From Raillietiella orientalis (lineage: Eukaryota), in NCBI GenBank assembly GCA_036172245.1, contig JAYWIR010000020.1, positions 496,001-560,000 of the forward strand: a stretch of 64,000 nt of DNA. The letters run 5' to 3'. Each line of letters opens with the position of its first letter. Within the stretch, counting starts at the first letter, position 1. The notes beneath the pieces are model-generated. The model did no database searches and was not told the origin of the DNA. It saw only the letters and a list, made by a program, of their open reading frames with translations. The position numbers and the translations under genes are program-made. This document shows positions 37,601-50,312 of this stretch, piece after piece.

Positions 37601-38800
37601 GTTTTCCAGAGAAAAAACGGCCAAAGAGAACCATTTCGTCTGAGGATCTCATTGATATACCGTCCGTTTGTTTGTATCATCTGGCTGATGTATGCATGTG
37701 AGGTGGCAGCAGAGGATGCAGTAAGAATGATGATTTTCAAAGATGCTACTGGTCGCTTCCGCAACGCAATGATTGGTCCGTGTTCAGGTAAAATTTGGAT
37801 GATACAGCCGGCATCGAGCCTTCCATGGAAGGATCTCGTACGGAGGCTAGAAGTTTTGTTTCAGACCACAAAGGTATTGTAGAAGCAGCAGCAGCAGCTT
37901 AGCGGCGAGTTCCCACGAAAATCGAGAGGATGACCAAGTGATTCTGCATCCCTTCGTCCGTAGAGTCTGCTGTGGCAACTCCGAGAACCCTCACTATCGA
38001 AATGAAGCTCTGTTCCTACACGACTGGAATCGAATGCTGAAAGATTCCCTTTCTGTTCAGCGCATACCGATCAAGGTGACTGTCGTCCGCGAGATGTGAC
38101 GCAGACGGGAGTTTTGAGTGAAATTCGCGCTGTTCCTGAGTTGCACCCGAGACTTCGATCTCTGTTTCCACGAGCTCCGCCATGAAAGTTCATGTTTTTC
38201 CTTCGTGATACATTCCGCATCGCAAAGCCCGGTACAGTCGCAGCCGAGAACGACACGACCAGTCCGCAGCATTTCTTAAAGATGTTCTGGAGCTGGGAAT
38301 TCACAATGCGCCCCACTCTCCCAGCGTTTGTTTGAAACAAAGGAAAAAAAAACTTACTCTTAGGCAAGAGGAATTTCTCCGTCGGCTCCTCATTGAGGCA
38401 CCGCTCTAACGGGATGCTTCTTACTTGATAAATAAGAATCTTCGTGAAAGTTTGGCACCCCTGTGGCAGTCCCCTCACTGAATGTGCTCTCCTACCGCTC
38501 AGCAAGAGCGGTCGCTTGTCAGCTCAGTCACAACAGTCGCATGGACTTTACGGGAAAAGTCGAATTCGAGGAAGTCTTGGATGAGGACCTTCGCAGGAGA
38601 AGATTACTTCTCTGAGCTCATCACTCGTCTCTTCGATGGTGGTCTTCTGCCGCATACGAGAGCGGCGATATTCAAGATAGAAGAACGGGGCCGCTTCCCA
38701 AAGGAGTCACTTTCAATTGCCTTCCTCCCTCATGAGGAGTGTAGCGAAGCGGTCCAGATCGGAATGTCCGACAAAAGGGCACCTTAGGGCAATAGTGGGC
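34685..38800 (-). mobile_element. Decayed Utopia (NeSL-group, RLE) non-LTR retrotransposon inserted in U2
   Basis: RLE region: LRPD / VVLDVACSFENEEEAFNTARRKK ... LGVPRLYAEKM ... IRCSHDIYWTH (34824-35215). Zinc-knuckle remnant LSHILNH..HS (~35340). RT C-terminal EAFKYLGRPLG...LLSWQKL (35813-36235) and LPFADGII (YADD-like, ~36340). Possible N-terminal C2H2 remnants at 38250-38500. The 3' end AATAAAA abuts U2. The 5' boundary is uncertain. Confidence 0.88.
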
Positions 38801-38899
38801 AGACTGGGTCGTAAGCAGTGACAGAGCCCCTTTGAGAATCGTGCTCACCAGCGTGATTCCAGTCCACCTCCCATCCCTGTTTGTTTATTTATTAGCATC

Positions 38900-39965
38900 C
38901 CCTTTCCCTTCCCCTTCCTCCTTAACTATACCTCTAGTGAGTTCCAGCTGACCCGCAGATGCTCACAGTCCTGCGAGGTGTCGCTAGGATCGTGGGACCC
39001 AGGCAACGATTAAACACTTTAAGATCCAGAATTCTACGCCAATCCCATGAGGGAACGCATAGTGTCTCACAATGTCAGTCACAGCAAAATCATCCATCGG
39101 ATGCACTGCCTGAAGCAAACCTCCTTTCTCACCACCCAAAGATCAGCTGGCAGTTCGATGGACAGAAATGCGAGAGCCACTCGACCGACAAAGGTGAGCC
39201 TGCGATACTCGCAACGCACGCCTACCGGCAAGGAGGAATGCTGTGGCGTCTGCGATGGAACCCGAAACCCCGAGTTCGGGACTTTATGTCGCTCTGCTCG
39301 CCTGAACGTCTGGGGCAGCTCGTTGGGGTTGAGGTTGAGTCCCTGGAATGCGGTGCGCCAGCGGAGGCTGCATGACGGCACACTTCGGGAACCGGACTCA
39401 GATCTCCCGCCTCAATGTCCTGAGCGAATTGTCCTTCCCAACCCTCTGGTATATGGAGAGTCGGACCGCATAGGTGCCGAAGAATCAGGGCCGAAGTCTG
39501 ATGGCAAGCCGCATCCTACTGAAGAAGGATGGAGGAAGTAACCACACAGTCGGCAGGGGTGTAACCTCGGGAAAGAGTTGAAAACATCCTCCTCCTCGTC
39601 CTTCCCACATTTCTTAAGCTTTCAAAAAAAAGAAAAATTCATGCTTTGATCTTTAATGCATGATGAGGATGCACACAGTGATCAGTAGAGCAACGAACCT
39701 TCCTCCGTACGCCACCAGGCATGATGGCTGCTTCTCACTTCTCATCGCGGACCTTTCCTGCTCACTGCTCATGTGGCAAGCCTGGCTGGAATCCGCAGGA
39801 TGACTCTCTTGAGTAGCAGTGCTTCTTGTAGTCTTAGAGCTACTTGACGACAAGATTCCCCTGGTCCATCGGCCCCACACAGCTCTGCGCATTAGGAATC
39901 GTTCTTTGGGTACGGTTTCGGTATAAGAGGCAGAAGAGTTCCATTAAATTATCCCCAGAATGTAT
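38900..39965 (-). mobile_element. Decayed L1/Tx1-clade ORF2 3' half
   Basis: The minus strand gives YILGII (~39955), GRWTRGILS, LVAYGGR, LPADLWVV and DCEHLRVSWNSL (compare DCSVFRESWRRL near 41650). Confidence 0.5.
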
Positions 39966-40000
39966 CCTTTTTTGTTAAATAAATGTCCTGGCATGACCTT

Positions 40001-41140
40001 GTCATCCCGAGCAGCCGGATCAGTTATTTAAAATAAATAAATAAAATGGACAGAAAGACATGGGCAGAAAAGGGCCGTCATCCGAACCCAAAGGGAATTC
40101 CCTCTCAGGGAACAGAACTATGAAGGAGAGAAGGGAAAACATTGAATAAGTAAATGAATAAGGAACTGGATGGATCGGCTTCATAGTGTTCCACTTGACT
40201 TCTGAGGGCCTGCATCGGGCAGGTGAAGGGTTGGAAGGAAGGGTGTTCTCACTGGTTTGGGCATAGTCTGTTCACAATCGTTTGAAGGCTCCTTCGTACC
40301 CCACTTACAGAATTGGGCCATTCCATCTCCCTTCGCATGTAGGCGATGGCGACTGCAAAGGCTCCCCAGCATGTCGGCGTACTCTTCCTGCATCTTGGCA
40401 GTTATCGTTGCTCTGAGTGACAAAGTGCCGTCAGCGACTAGACAATCGACAAGCCCGGAGACATCCGTCTAACTAGCTCTTCTGGGGCAGCACCGTAGAA
40501 CCGACGTGCTTCGGCGATTCCAACAGCATTCCAGCTGTATTTGAGAGAATTTTTCACTGTCCCGTTGCAGGGGCATTCCTTGGTCACTCTCCCCGCTGAT
40601 TGTGGTAACATTCCTCATTTTGAGGGAGTGCCAAGTATATCAGCAAGATGACACTCCGCTGGTATCGGAGAGGGGGAACGGAGGCGCAGAATCTCGGAGT
40701 TCTCTGAGGGAATCTTCAGAGATACAATCCTTCAGATACCCTGATCTGGAACTTTTGGAGTGATTTAGTTTTCTAGGTGAGAGGTGTTCCACTGACCAGT
40801 GGCTTGGTGACCCCGGAGATATGGTAGTCACTTCATGAGCTGCAGTAGTATACTCTTTCTCCCGATGCTAACGATGAAACAGTGGACATATGGTGTCCTG
40901 CTGAGATGTGGCCAGTAGAGCTAACATCTCCGAGTATCCCTCCAAAGGGAGTTTCTCCAGATGACTGATGGCGTTGCTGTTCGGGAAAGTTGGACTTTCC
41001 ACCCGCATCTACCAGGGATTCCTTCCGCCAAGCATTCCTGTTCAGTGGGAGAAAGGATGGCCACTCGTGTTCTTCGGTTCAGCGACTCAATCGGGTAAAG
41101 TGGGTGACCCAGAACTCGTCCTAGACAGAGCATGCGTGAT
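40001..41140 (-). mobile_element. Decayed 5'-truncated L1/Tx1-clade 3' fragment
   Basis: A degenerate knuckle KECPCNG...LEC lies at ~40520-40580 and a pyrimidine-rich 3' UTR at 40030-40170. AATAAC + hairpin at 40028-40003. Confidence 0.6.
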
Positions 41141-41143
41141 GTT

Positions 41144-43575
41144 GGAACCCGGTCATGCCAGGACGTTTATTCAGAGAACAAAATTGAAGGGATATGTATA
41201 ACCCCAAAACACAAGAAACGCCCATACAAAAAGTTCAACCCGGAGAAACCACCTGCACGCAGGCCGACTTCAAAAAGAAGGGAACGGCGGAAGGGGACAC
41301 AAACTAAACAAAAAAAACAACGGAAAGTGGGGACAAGGATCTTTAGTATCGTACGTTCCTCTTCTTCTAGAAGAGCCTCTTGACGATGGCGACTTCCCTA
41401 GCGACTTTTCTGGGAAGATGAGGCACCTTGCAGCTGCCTTCATAAGGTTGGCGGCTATCCTGGTGGCGTCCTTTCGCTATGAACTCTCTTCGAGCTTACG
41501 GCGGACCGTCACGATGGCGCGCATGCAACAGATTGTTGCGATCACAGCGCCCTTCTTTAGTCCGTCTCCGCTGAAGAAGCGTCGCAGCGGGTTGATGGAA
41601 GTGTCCTGGGGACTATGAAGTGCTGTAGAAAGTCTTCGCCATGACTCCCGAAAAACACTGCAATCCAGAAGTAGGTGCGGAAGCGATTTCATCGCCCTGC
41701 ACCTGCGACACTTTGGGGAGGCAACTCCCCCGGAAACCCGGTGTCTGCGCGGATTGCACTGGAAACCTCAGTGCAGGAATAGCAGAACATTCTGTTTCCA
41801 TCGAAGCGGGAACGCTGAGGTGTCCACACAGAGAGAAGGGACCACGAGTTCTTCGGGGTTCTTCGGGGGTACACTGAGAAGTTCACTCCACCGGAGTAGT
41901 CCCTTTGCCCGGTGACGAGTGGCAGCCTCCACCAACACGCTTGTTTTGCAGCCTCTCAGCAGTTTTTCGACTCCTGCAATTCTGCAGAACTCCTACCCTG
42001 CCGGTTGGCTACGGTCGTTGTGTGTCCTGAGGGCAGACAGCGCTGCGGCCAGGGATGAGGCGGCTACTCAGGACCAAAGCGACCAGTCTTGCAGGATAAC
42101 TCCAAGCGGTTTGCGTAGGAGACTCTGTAGAGGTCGCAGTTGCTCTTGACGCACATCCAAAGTGGAAGTCCAGCGCTCCAGAGCTTTCCGCCGCCAAGCA
42201 TTCGAGTTCGTGGCGAGGCAGGAGATCCAGGGATGGGCTAACAACAACGAGGACAGAAGCCTCAGAGGGTAGTCAAATCCAGTCCTCCGGAGTAGGTTGC
42301 GCGGCAGCAACGAAAAAAGTCCTGCACTGCCGATGCATCGCTGGAGGATACGTGAGCGCATGCGTAAGGGACTGGCTGCTCATCCTTCGCAGCTTCCTGC
42401 ATTCTTCAGGAGAATGCGCGAAAGAAGACACCAGTCATTGCTGCGCAGCCTCTCCGCCAAGGCCGACCTCCGGAACGATGCTCGCATCTGCATCCGTCCG
42501 CCGGAGATGTTCGATCCAGCGTCTTGGCGAGGGGGACCCGCGTCTTTCAGCCCATCCTTAGAACTGGTGCAGCCTTAGATTCGGGAAAAAGGAGCGGGAC
42601 AAAAATGCTCCATGTTGCTGCCCTCTCGGAAAGCAACGGTTCGCTGTCGCTAAAGGAAGCCAGGAAACTCGACTCCTTCTCCAATCACGCTGGACAGATC
42701 TCCCTTGAAGTGAGAGAAATCAGGAGGATGGCAACAGGAGGATGCAGTCATCTGTATGGCCAGCTCCACCAGGCGCGTTATGGGAGCTGGACCTGTGAAG
42801 GGCCGGAGCGTGCCGGCACGCGCTCAGTGTGTGCTCGGGCGGTCTCTTTGTCTGACTCCTCGTCTGACCCGGATGCCTTCGGTGAGTAGGCCGCTGAAAG
42901 AGATCGAAGTCACTGCTTTGAGCCAGAACATACGAGGTGGCTGAGGATGCTGGCTAGAAGCAGCTAGAGAAGATCCTGACTGGCGGCGCAAGCGAAAACC
43001 ATTTGGGGGTCGACTGCGAGGTCCGGTGTTGCTTTCCCGGGTGGAACCCCTCGTGGACCTCCCGCGTAGCTCGCGCTCTTTTTCAAAGTTGCCGCGTGCC
43101 TTCTTTCTGCAGCTTGAATCAGGCGTAGGCATAGAGCAGGTTTGCATCCAATGTTCGACCTGGGACCGCGTAAGTTCGCTTCGAGCTATGGATTCCGCCA
43201 CCTGCCCTATTCGCAAACTCCACATCCGGAGTGCAACTTGATCTCCATATTCACGGCTGTGATGGGACACCAGTTGGTGCATTCTTCCAGCACAGTTCTC
43301 TCCTTTGGATAGGAGATGGACCTGGTACCTGAAACCTGAAGAACGCAGGTACTTGGCCTGTATCCCTGATCAGCTGTGCTAATGGATGCTCCATGGGTGC
43401 TAGTTCTACCACAAAGAGTTTGTAAAACTCTGAGAGCAGTCCATCGGAGCAGGCTCCAATAGCTTAAGGATCTCGCTGATCGTGAAGGGTTCATCAAGTA
43501 GGCTACCAGCCTCATCCGCCATCCTGCACGTGGTCGATTCGATCAGTTTCGTAGCACCCAGCATGTAAGGATGAA
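41144..43575 (-). mobile_element. 5'-truncated L1/Tx1-clade LINE: RT, CCHC and 3' UTR
   Basis: Motifs: LDEPFTISEI; NWCPITAVNMEIKL; GRTLDANL; GIRVRRGVRQ; GHTDDCILL (YADD-like); KCRRCRAMKSLPHLLLDC. AATAAA at 41171-41166 is followed by the hairpin at 41165-41146. Confidence 0.92.
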
Positions 43576-44299
43576 AGTCAGATCTGTGCTTATTTTTGCA
43601 CGCCCTGGTGTCATCGGAAATTACAAAAACCGTGTCGTAATCCAGTGAAGTGTACATGCAAGCGTACCTATAGTGTGTATCGATGGTGCACCCAGAGAGG
43701 GACTCCGGACTGGTAGACAGGTACAACGGAATTTTGAAAGACATCTCTCGAAAAGTGACAACGGATGAACTGAGAGCAAAGCAGTTTGTAGAATTGCGAT
43801 AAAGAAATCCAAAAGTATAAGCACAAGCCGGAAACGGATCGCAACTAGGATGCTGACAGATGAAGGTGAAAGCGATATCAGCTACTTGCACTCACGATGT
43901 GTCCGGCAAAACAAGGAGTGGGAACGGCGAAAACGGCGAAAACCTCCCTGTCGAACTCTCATCTTCTGTAATGGGAATCAGAATTGCAGAAGTAGGCGCC
44001 ACCTGGCAGACAAGCACTCCTATTTAACACTTGTTTCCGCATGTGACATGAGAAGCTCATATCTTTGGGAAATGGTCTCTTTGCAGGAAGCTCTCTCCTT
44101 CACTTCCCTCCTTACCATCCTTTCTTGCTGGTTAGTTACACTGTTTCCATTGTTCCACTGCCAGTTTCAATATGCCGACATATTGAGTTTGCAATCCCTG
44201 GAGGTGCAATCCTCATCCCTATCCTTCTTTTCTGGTCGCAAAGCAGCCATTGTGCTGATTCCCTCCCTGCCGAATATGCTCCTAAAATACCCTTTTTTT

Positions 44300-47200
44300 T
44301 TTTCTTTTTTCACAGAAAGAAGTCTAAATTCAAAGTCGGAGAAAATTACCTAAAGGTTCCAAGCGGTCGAAGCGCTCTGCACCCTGGCTTCCTTTGCTAA
44401 AGTAAACCTTTTAGAGGCACAAGAAAAAGGATGGATGAAACTGGGGGTTTTGCTCCCAGTCTCTTTGAATTTAATCACGACTCTCCTAATGGCGGGTGAC
44501 GTAAAGAACGGAGTTTCCTAGAAGATTTCTATAGACTGCACCGAATCCAGAAAGTGCCCTTGAGGACCGACTCGTTCTGTTACGAGGCTTCCATTGGAGG
44601 TATCTTTATTAGAGATCTTTTTTGGTCTCTCTGAAGAAGTGTTATCACGAGTCTGCTGCATCCGTTGCGGTCTCGATATCCCCCTCCTCTCTCTTCTCGG
44701 CTCGTAGAATGCAACGGGATGGCATCTGAAATGGAAGAGCACCTTTGAGGATTTCCTACCCTCTTCGGAAAGAAAGCAGGTAGAAACAAGCAGACTGAGA
44801 TCCGACGTCTGGGAAGCTGAGGTCTTCGACTGAGCTTCATCAACTTAAAAAGAACCCGTGATTTGTGATCTTCGTACTAGCTCGTGAAATTCCGGTCATT
44901 TTCGGTTTCTAGCCTGTACTTTTGAAGGGGAACGAGAATCTCAGCGGTCTTTTCTCTCCACTGGCAGTGAAGCTGAAGCATTCTTTCAAGGAATCATTTC
45001 TCTTTCAAGGATAATGCTCTGCCTTTCGAATATCCAGAAGTATCTTCTTGCAATGAGTCCCCACAAAAAGCTCCTCAGCACGAAGGCACTGCTGAATCTG
45101 AAACTTCCAGTTCGTATTTATGCAGTTTTTGCAGCGTCGGCTATCCATTTCCTTTCTCCCCTTTCCCAACTACCCACCTTCCTTTTCGTTCAGGCTCTTA
45201 CTGCGACCCCGAAGCATCTCATTTGGAAAATCTTTACAGTGTAAGATTCCTGCTTTTGAAGACCAGTCCCAGCTAGACTACCAGGTTCCAGTGTGATCCG
45301 GACGACTCCAGAGGCTGATGCTCTTGAGATTTTTCGGATTAGCTGCGGTGTGCTCGACAGATACTGCTCGGCACATAAAGCATCCTCGTATTTCTTCTCT
45401 CTTCCCTGCTTGTTTGTTGATCCTTCCTGCCTGCATTTTTCTTCGATCCTCGCCTCCGTTCTTTGCATCTAGGAGGAGTGTAGAAATACATTTTCCTCGT
45501 CACGCTTCCAGCAACGTTAACCACCGGAGGGCTTAGTAGATCCGCTAAGAGATTCCCAGATTAGGCTTTGCTCCGCAGAGCGGGAAATACTACGGGAAAG
45601 CCTCTGAAAGGTGAGAACAACGCAAAAGAACCAAGAGAAAAGGGCGCTTCGTAGCTGGAAGTCTGCTCCAGAGTGAAATCTCGCATCATGTAACTTGTTT
45701 CAGAATGGTCAGATTCCCTGTTTCCTGAAAAGTCCTTCTCCTCCTAAGTGCTCTCATAGTCTCATTGATTCTCATTAAGACTATAAAAGAAGGAACAATC
45801 TAATTGAAGCCTGATAGTTTTCTTGATTCCCTTTTGGAAGGAGGAAGTCCCAGTTATTTGGAACCCTCTACCTATTTCTTCTTCAGCTGCCCCGACTGAA
45901 ATGGCAAAGCGAATGCTTTGCCTAGGTCCTTGGGAGCCCCATCTGCCAACAGTTCTCTTCTCCATTTGGATGTCTTTCCACGCCTTTCTGAGAGCTTTTC
46001 CTTCTCCAGGAGACGTTTGCCCAGAGATTACATCAGAAGCGAAGTCACTGTTACGCTCTTTCTTTCCTTTTGATAGAGAATTTCCTCCGAGCCCCGCACC
46101 GCCTCGTGTGCCACTCTGCGGGCATGAGGGCGCCGCTTCGGTCAACCCAAGGGAGGAGGCGAAATCCCAAAGTAATTAACCATGAATAGTTCTGAGCTGA
46201 CTGTGTTCTCTGAGTTCTGATGCTCTCTAAGGTGAGCATCTGGTACTGATGTGCAAGATGTACAGCACGCTTAACTCCTCGCAGTATCTTCATTTGAGAT
46301 CCTTCAGTGTGAGCTCGTTACCAGTCAGTCGGAAGAAGATTCCACAGGACCAGTAGAACTTCAGCAAGTTGAAGGAGACTCTGAAACTGTCTGAAAGCAC
46401 AACTTCTTACTCCGGGAAACGATACTTCTAGATGCACGGCATTAGAGCGGTGGCTGCAAACGTCACGAAACACATCTTGGGAGTGCAGGATGGGTGCGAA
46501 CCTTGCAGAGCTCGTGGTCTGACATACGCTTTGGGGGGGAGGTATTCCTTTCTTCTCAAGCCGAATTCTCGAAATGGACGACGCCTTTCTTCCGTATCTT
46601 TTAATTTCCATCTTTCTTCAGAGCAAAATAATGCGCACTTAGCCTCTGGTCTCGTAAAAGAAACCGGGTTATCCGTGGTTCTTTTAGATTCTCTTTTTCT
46701 TATGGCACCTGTGCGGAAGCCTTCCCGTTTGCGTGATCTCCTTTGCAGAGAGGAATATGGGTCAGTTTGAAGCTCCTGAAACAAAAGGCTTCTTCTGTTG
46801 CTTCTCTTCTAAAACTGAAGCTTGTCCTCTTCGCGTATTCTTTCCTCATGTTAGAACTTGTAGTCATCGAAGACTTCAGAACCAGAAGCTAAGAAAAATC
46901 CTAGCACCTTCTTTCGAGGATGAGGGTTCCTGGAAATGTCTCGTTGAGCACTCTGAGAGAATTGTCGTTGATGGATGCTCTAGAAGAACACCTTCTTGGA
47001 ACCAGAGCAGGCCGCAAACGACCAAAATCAACCTATCCTGGGAATGGACACAAAGCAAAAGCCATCCTCGTATTCTAGGAAAAAGGCAAAGCACTCATAG
47101 TGATGTTGCCTGCCTCCTACGATTAAACAGCAACGGTGCTAGAAGAAGCATAGCAAAAGAAAGGAAGCAAATACAGAGGATCGACTGTCCTCTTCTCCTC

Positions 47201-47400
47201 CAAAGGACAGTGAAAGCGATCTTCCTGGGATCTCCGAGGTCTTGCGATAGCCGTATCCCAAATAGTGAAATGTTGAGGGCATGAAACATCCCGAAGAAGT
47301 AGGCGGAGCAGAAGCGAAAGAAAACGCTGCGCTCAAACATCCTGTATTCTCGAGATATTTATTGGAAACGATCAATGGTGAATGAACCCTCAAGAGTCGC
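44300..47400 (-). mobile_element. Possible very decayed RLE-type (CRE-like) non-LTR remnant
   Basis: Only weak hints: SFASAPPTSSG..PQHF (~47290), ILRGVK (~46280), ELLADGAP (~45940), FGVAVRA (~45200). Confidence 0.2.
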
Positions 47401-50290
47401 AACTCCTCATGAGGACAGGAGTTGAAGAGGAGAGGCAGGAAAGATAGTGGAAATGTCTCCCATCGTTTGTTTGTATTTCCTCTCTTAGCAAGGATTTGAA
47501 CTGCAAAATACGGATGGATGTGCATGATGGGATGGCAATAACTCACGCACGGTGTTTTCGTGGGAGCGTGGGCACTATTGGAACACCGAGATGTTTTCGT
47601 GGCAAACCAACGGTCGAAAATCTCTAACTCTTCCAGAAAGCACTCGAATCTGAGAAAATAGACGTAGTCAGTCTGATTCTCAAGAAAGTATTCTGAATTG
47701 AAAACCTGGAACGGTTTCAAGAGAGGAACTTCCTTCCGCCTCCATGAGAAGGTGAAGCATTTGAACACCGCTTCGGAACGAAAGACCTGTCATCCATAAC
47801 ACGAAAATGGCGTCACTTGAGGTTCCATTGCAACTTACAGGTGACAAGCAGTCGTTACAGAGGTGTTGTGGCTATTTCCATTAAAAATGGAAATCGTAGG
47901 GAATAAACTTACGATGGAGAAACAAAGAAAGATGCCTTGCCAGAGAAGAGAAGTTCATATCCCTTGGTCAGTCCAGTAAAAATCGAAGAGCCAGCGTTGC
48001 TTTTGAAGCAAGATGCGTCCCTCATATTCATTCTTAGCAGGTGCGCTTTGACTTAGAAATTGGAGTCTGCCGCTCTTGTTCAGAGGACTCTGACAGAAAG
48101 TCTGAAAAAATGGATCCCTCAAATGATGTGCAAAGAGAGTGGATTCCGTTAAGGCAGCGACCATTTCACATCCACTGAAACAAAACGGACGCATGCCGTA
48201 ATTTCCATGCTTTAGTTTTCCGAAATTTGTTCAGTTACCACGGAAGGAAACTCACAGTTGCGTCTTGGGGGTTAGCGTGAATTCCTGTTCAGCACATGAC
48301 TACACTTCAAATAAGGGGATTCTGCAGTGAAGGATGTCATTCAAAATTTGTCATCTTCGGCAGGACAAGATTGGAATCGATAGCCCAAGCGCCTAGTGAC
48401 GAGAGATGAATTAGTAACGTTCAAGCCATCGGCTCTGCACGATGACATCGATTTGCATTTTCGATGGGTCCACTCATTGAGAAGAGGCAACCCCTGAACT
48501 AGTCCTTAGTACCCACGTTGAAAGCTCCAACATCAATACGAAGAAAGATTCATAAATCCAAATTCCCCCGGAAAGTTTCAGCATTTTTGACGGACGGTTT
48601 CCGATTGCGAGCTCGGAGAGGCAGACGTGGCGGAAAACGGGGATAGCTATAGGAATCAAATGAGGCAAATCTCAACTGTCGATAAGTGGTCGTGACAAAC
48701 CGACGGGGACGCCAGAAGTATCAACTGGTAACTGTAAAGAATTCAGCTTACTCAGAATCGAAAACTTTCCGATCTGTTGGATGTCCATCGACGACTCATC
48801 TTGTTAATGGGGTCGGACTTCTTTTGCATCCGGGGGGTTTCCTTACGATGCGTCCTCCAGTTCGGGAAAAATTGCAATCTGCACTCGTGCTCCAGCGCAG
48901 ATCAGGAACCCGGATTCATTGTGCATGAAACAGCACATAGCTAGTACGTTTTTGTTTCTGTCAATGGTCCCATCAGTCTCACCAATGCTTCAATCAAGAA
49001 GTCTTCAAATGAGTGCTTCTTTCCTTGTTGAAAACGCATGCATTTTTACCGAATACGATACTTCAAAAGATGTGCTGCTAGTGCTTTCGTTCTTGTTCTC
49101 TCATGCATCCGGCAGCAGTCACATAACTATCGAGAGATAGCTTCCTCTTTTTACTGGACAACCAACTATTTAGTAACCAAAAATCCACTGAAAGTTGGGT
49201 AGTTGATCTTCCATTGAATCTGAACAGGGACGTAGTCGTTTGCTTGCCGCTCACTTCTCCTTGTAGATGATTATACTAAAGGCCGCAGTTATCCATAACA
49301 CTGCATTAAAGCGTTCACGAGACTTCATCTTTTCCTTTGATCTCGAACATGCTTCTGTTTATCAGTCGGCGTTCAAAGATACAGGACAAAGTGCACTTCA
49401 GGAACGCCATTCTGCTTTGCTTCTTCGTGGGGATGAAGCGAAAACTCATGGAATAATAATGGATCGCTTTCGGGAATCGAGTTTGGCGCAGGAACCCCTT
49501 CACCCTCTAGGAAAACCCTTGCCAATCGATACGAACCAGGTTCTTCAGAAACAAGGTTACAAGATACTGGTTCCTTGCACCGCTCCACCTCCTCTTCTGT
49601 TGATCGATCTGATATCCCTTCCTCATCTGCTGAGTGAAACGACGAAGCCAGACCAGACACGAATCTCTTTGTATCGGCAACGGCATCGAGCAGATGGACA
49701 GCCTTCCATCCGGGCATAAGCTGTGAGAGACAAAGAGAGAACGGTAATTACTGAAATCACATCTAGCTTGGCAACAGCATCCGGAACACACTCCCCGGTT
49801 TCACCTGGACAGAATGGCTCGAGACAGCTAGGAGGCAATGGCGGAAGCTGCCATCTTCACCCAATATGAACATTTCAAAGAACCCAAGTGTACCGCCTCG
49901 ACGCTCTTATGGTAATGGCATGCACGTCTTATGGAATCTCGGCAGTACAAGATACCAAGACGAGAACATTCCCATGGAGAGTATCTGAGCCTTCTGCAGT
50001 ATCCTACTTTTACGATCGTGATTGCAGCTCCCATAACATCTACGATTACTTGATGCACAATAACCCTTAATTCCACTCCGATGGAATACGGCTACAAGAA
50101 ACACTGAGAGGGTTTGTGGACACTTTATCGACATCACTTCCATCCCTTCTCCAGGATATCCAGGTGGAAACGCGAATATGCGAATACACCTCTTCGAAGG
50201 TCTAATGATATGTATGCTGTGATAAAGCAAAAACAGTGGCAGCGAAAGGCCTGAGGAGCGAACGCTGGACGTCGAATCCCTAATCTTCCA

Positions 50291-50312
50291 GTGTGTGTGT
50301 GTGTGTGTGTGT
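50291..50312. repeat. (GT)11 microsatellite
   Basis: Direct reading. Confidence 0.95.

Noticed and set aside
43600..43900. GILKDISRKVTTDEL, resembling a LINE ORF1 segment on the plus strand
   Set aside because: A single short motif with no knuckles following.
38700..44000. Expected 5' ~38 nt of U2, or an HDV-like ribozyme, at the Utopia 5' end
   Set aside because: I could not find ATCGCTTCTCGGCC...GTGTAGTA or a convincing HDV fold by eye. The junction is probably lost under later L1 insertions.
48200..50280. Possible coding remnants (ORFs 49267-49719 and 49888-50070, the latter containing several His)
   Set aside because: No family motif I can support.
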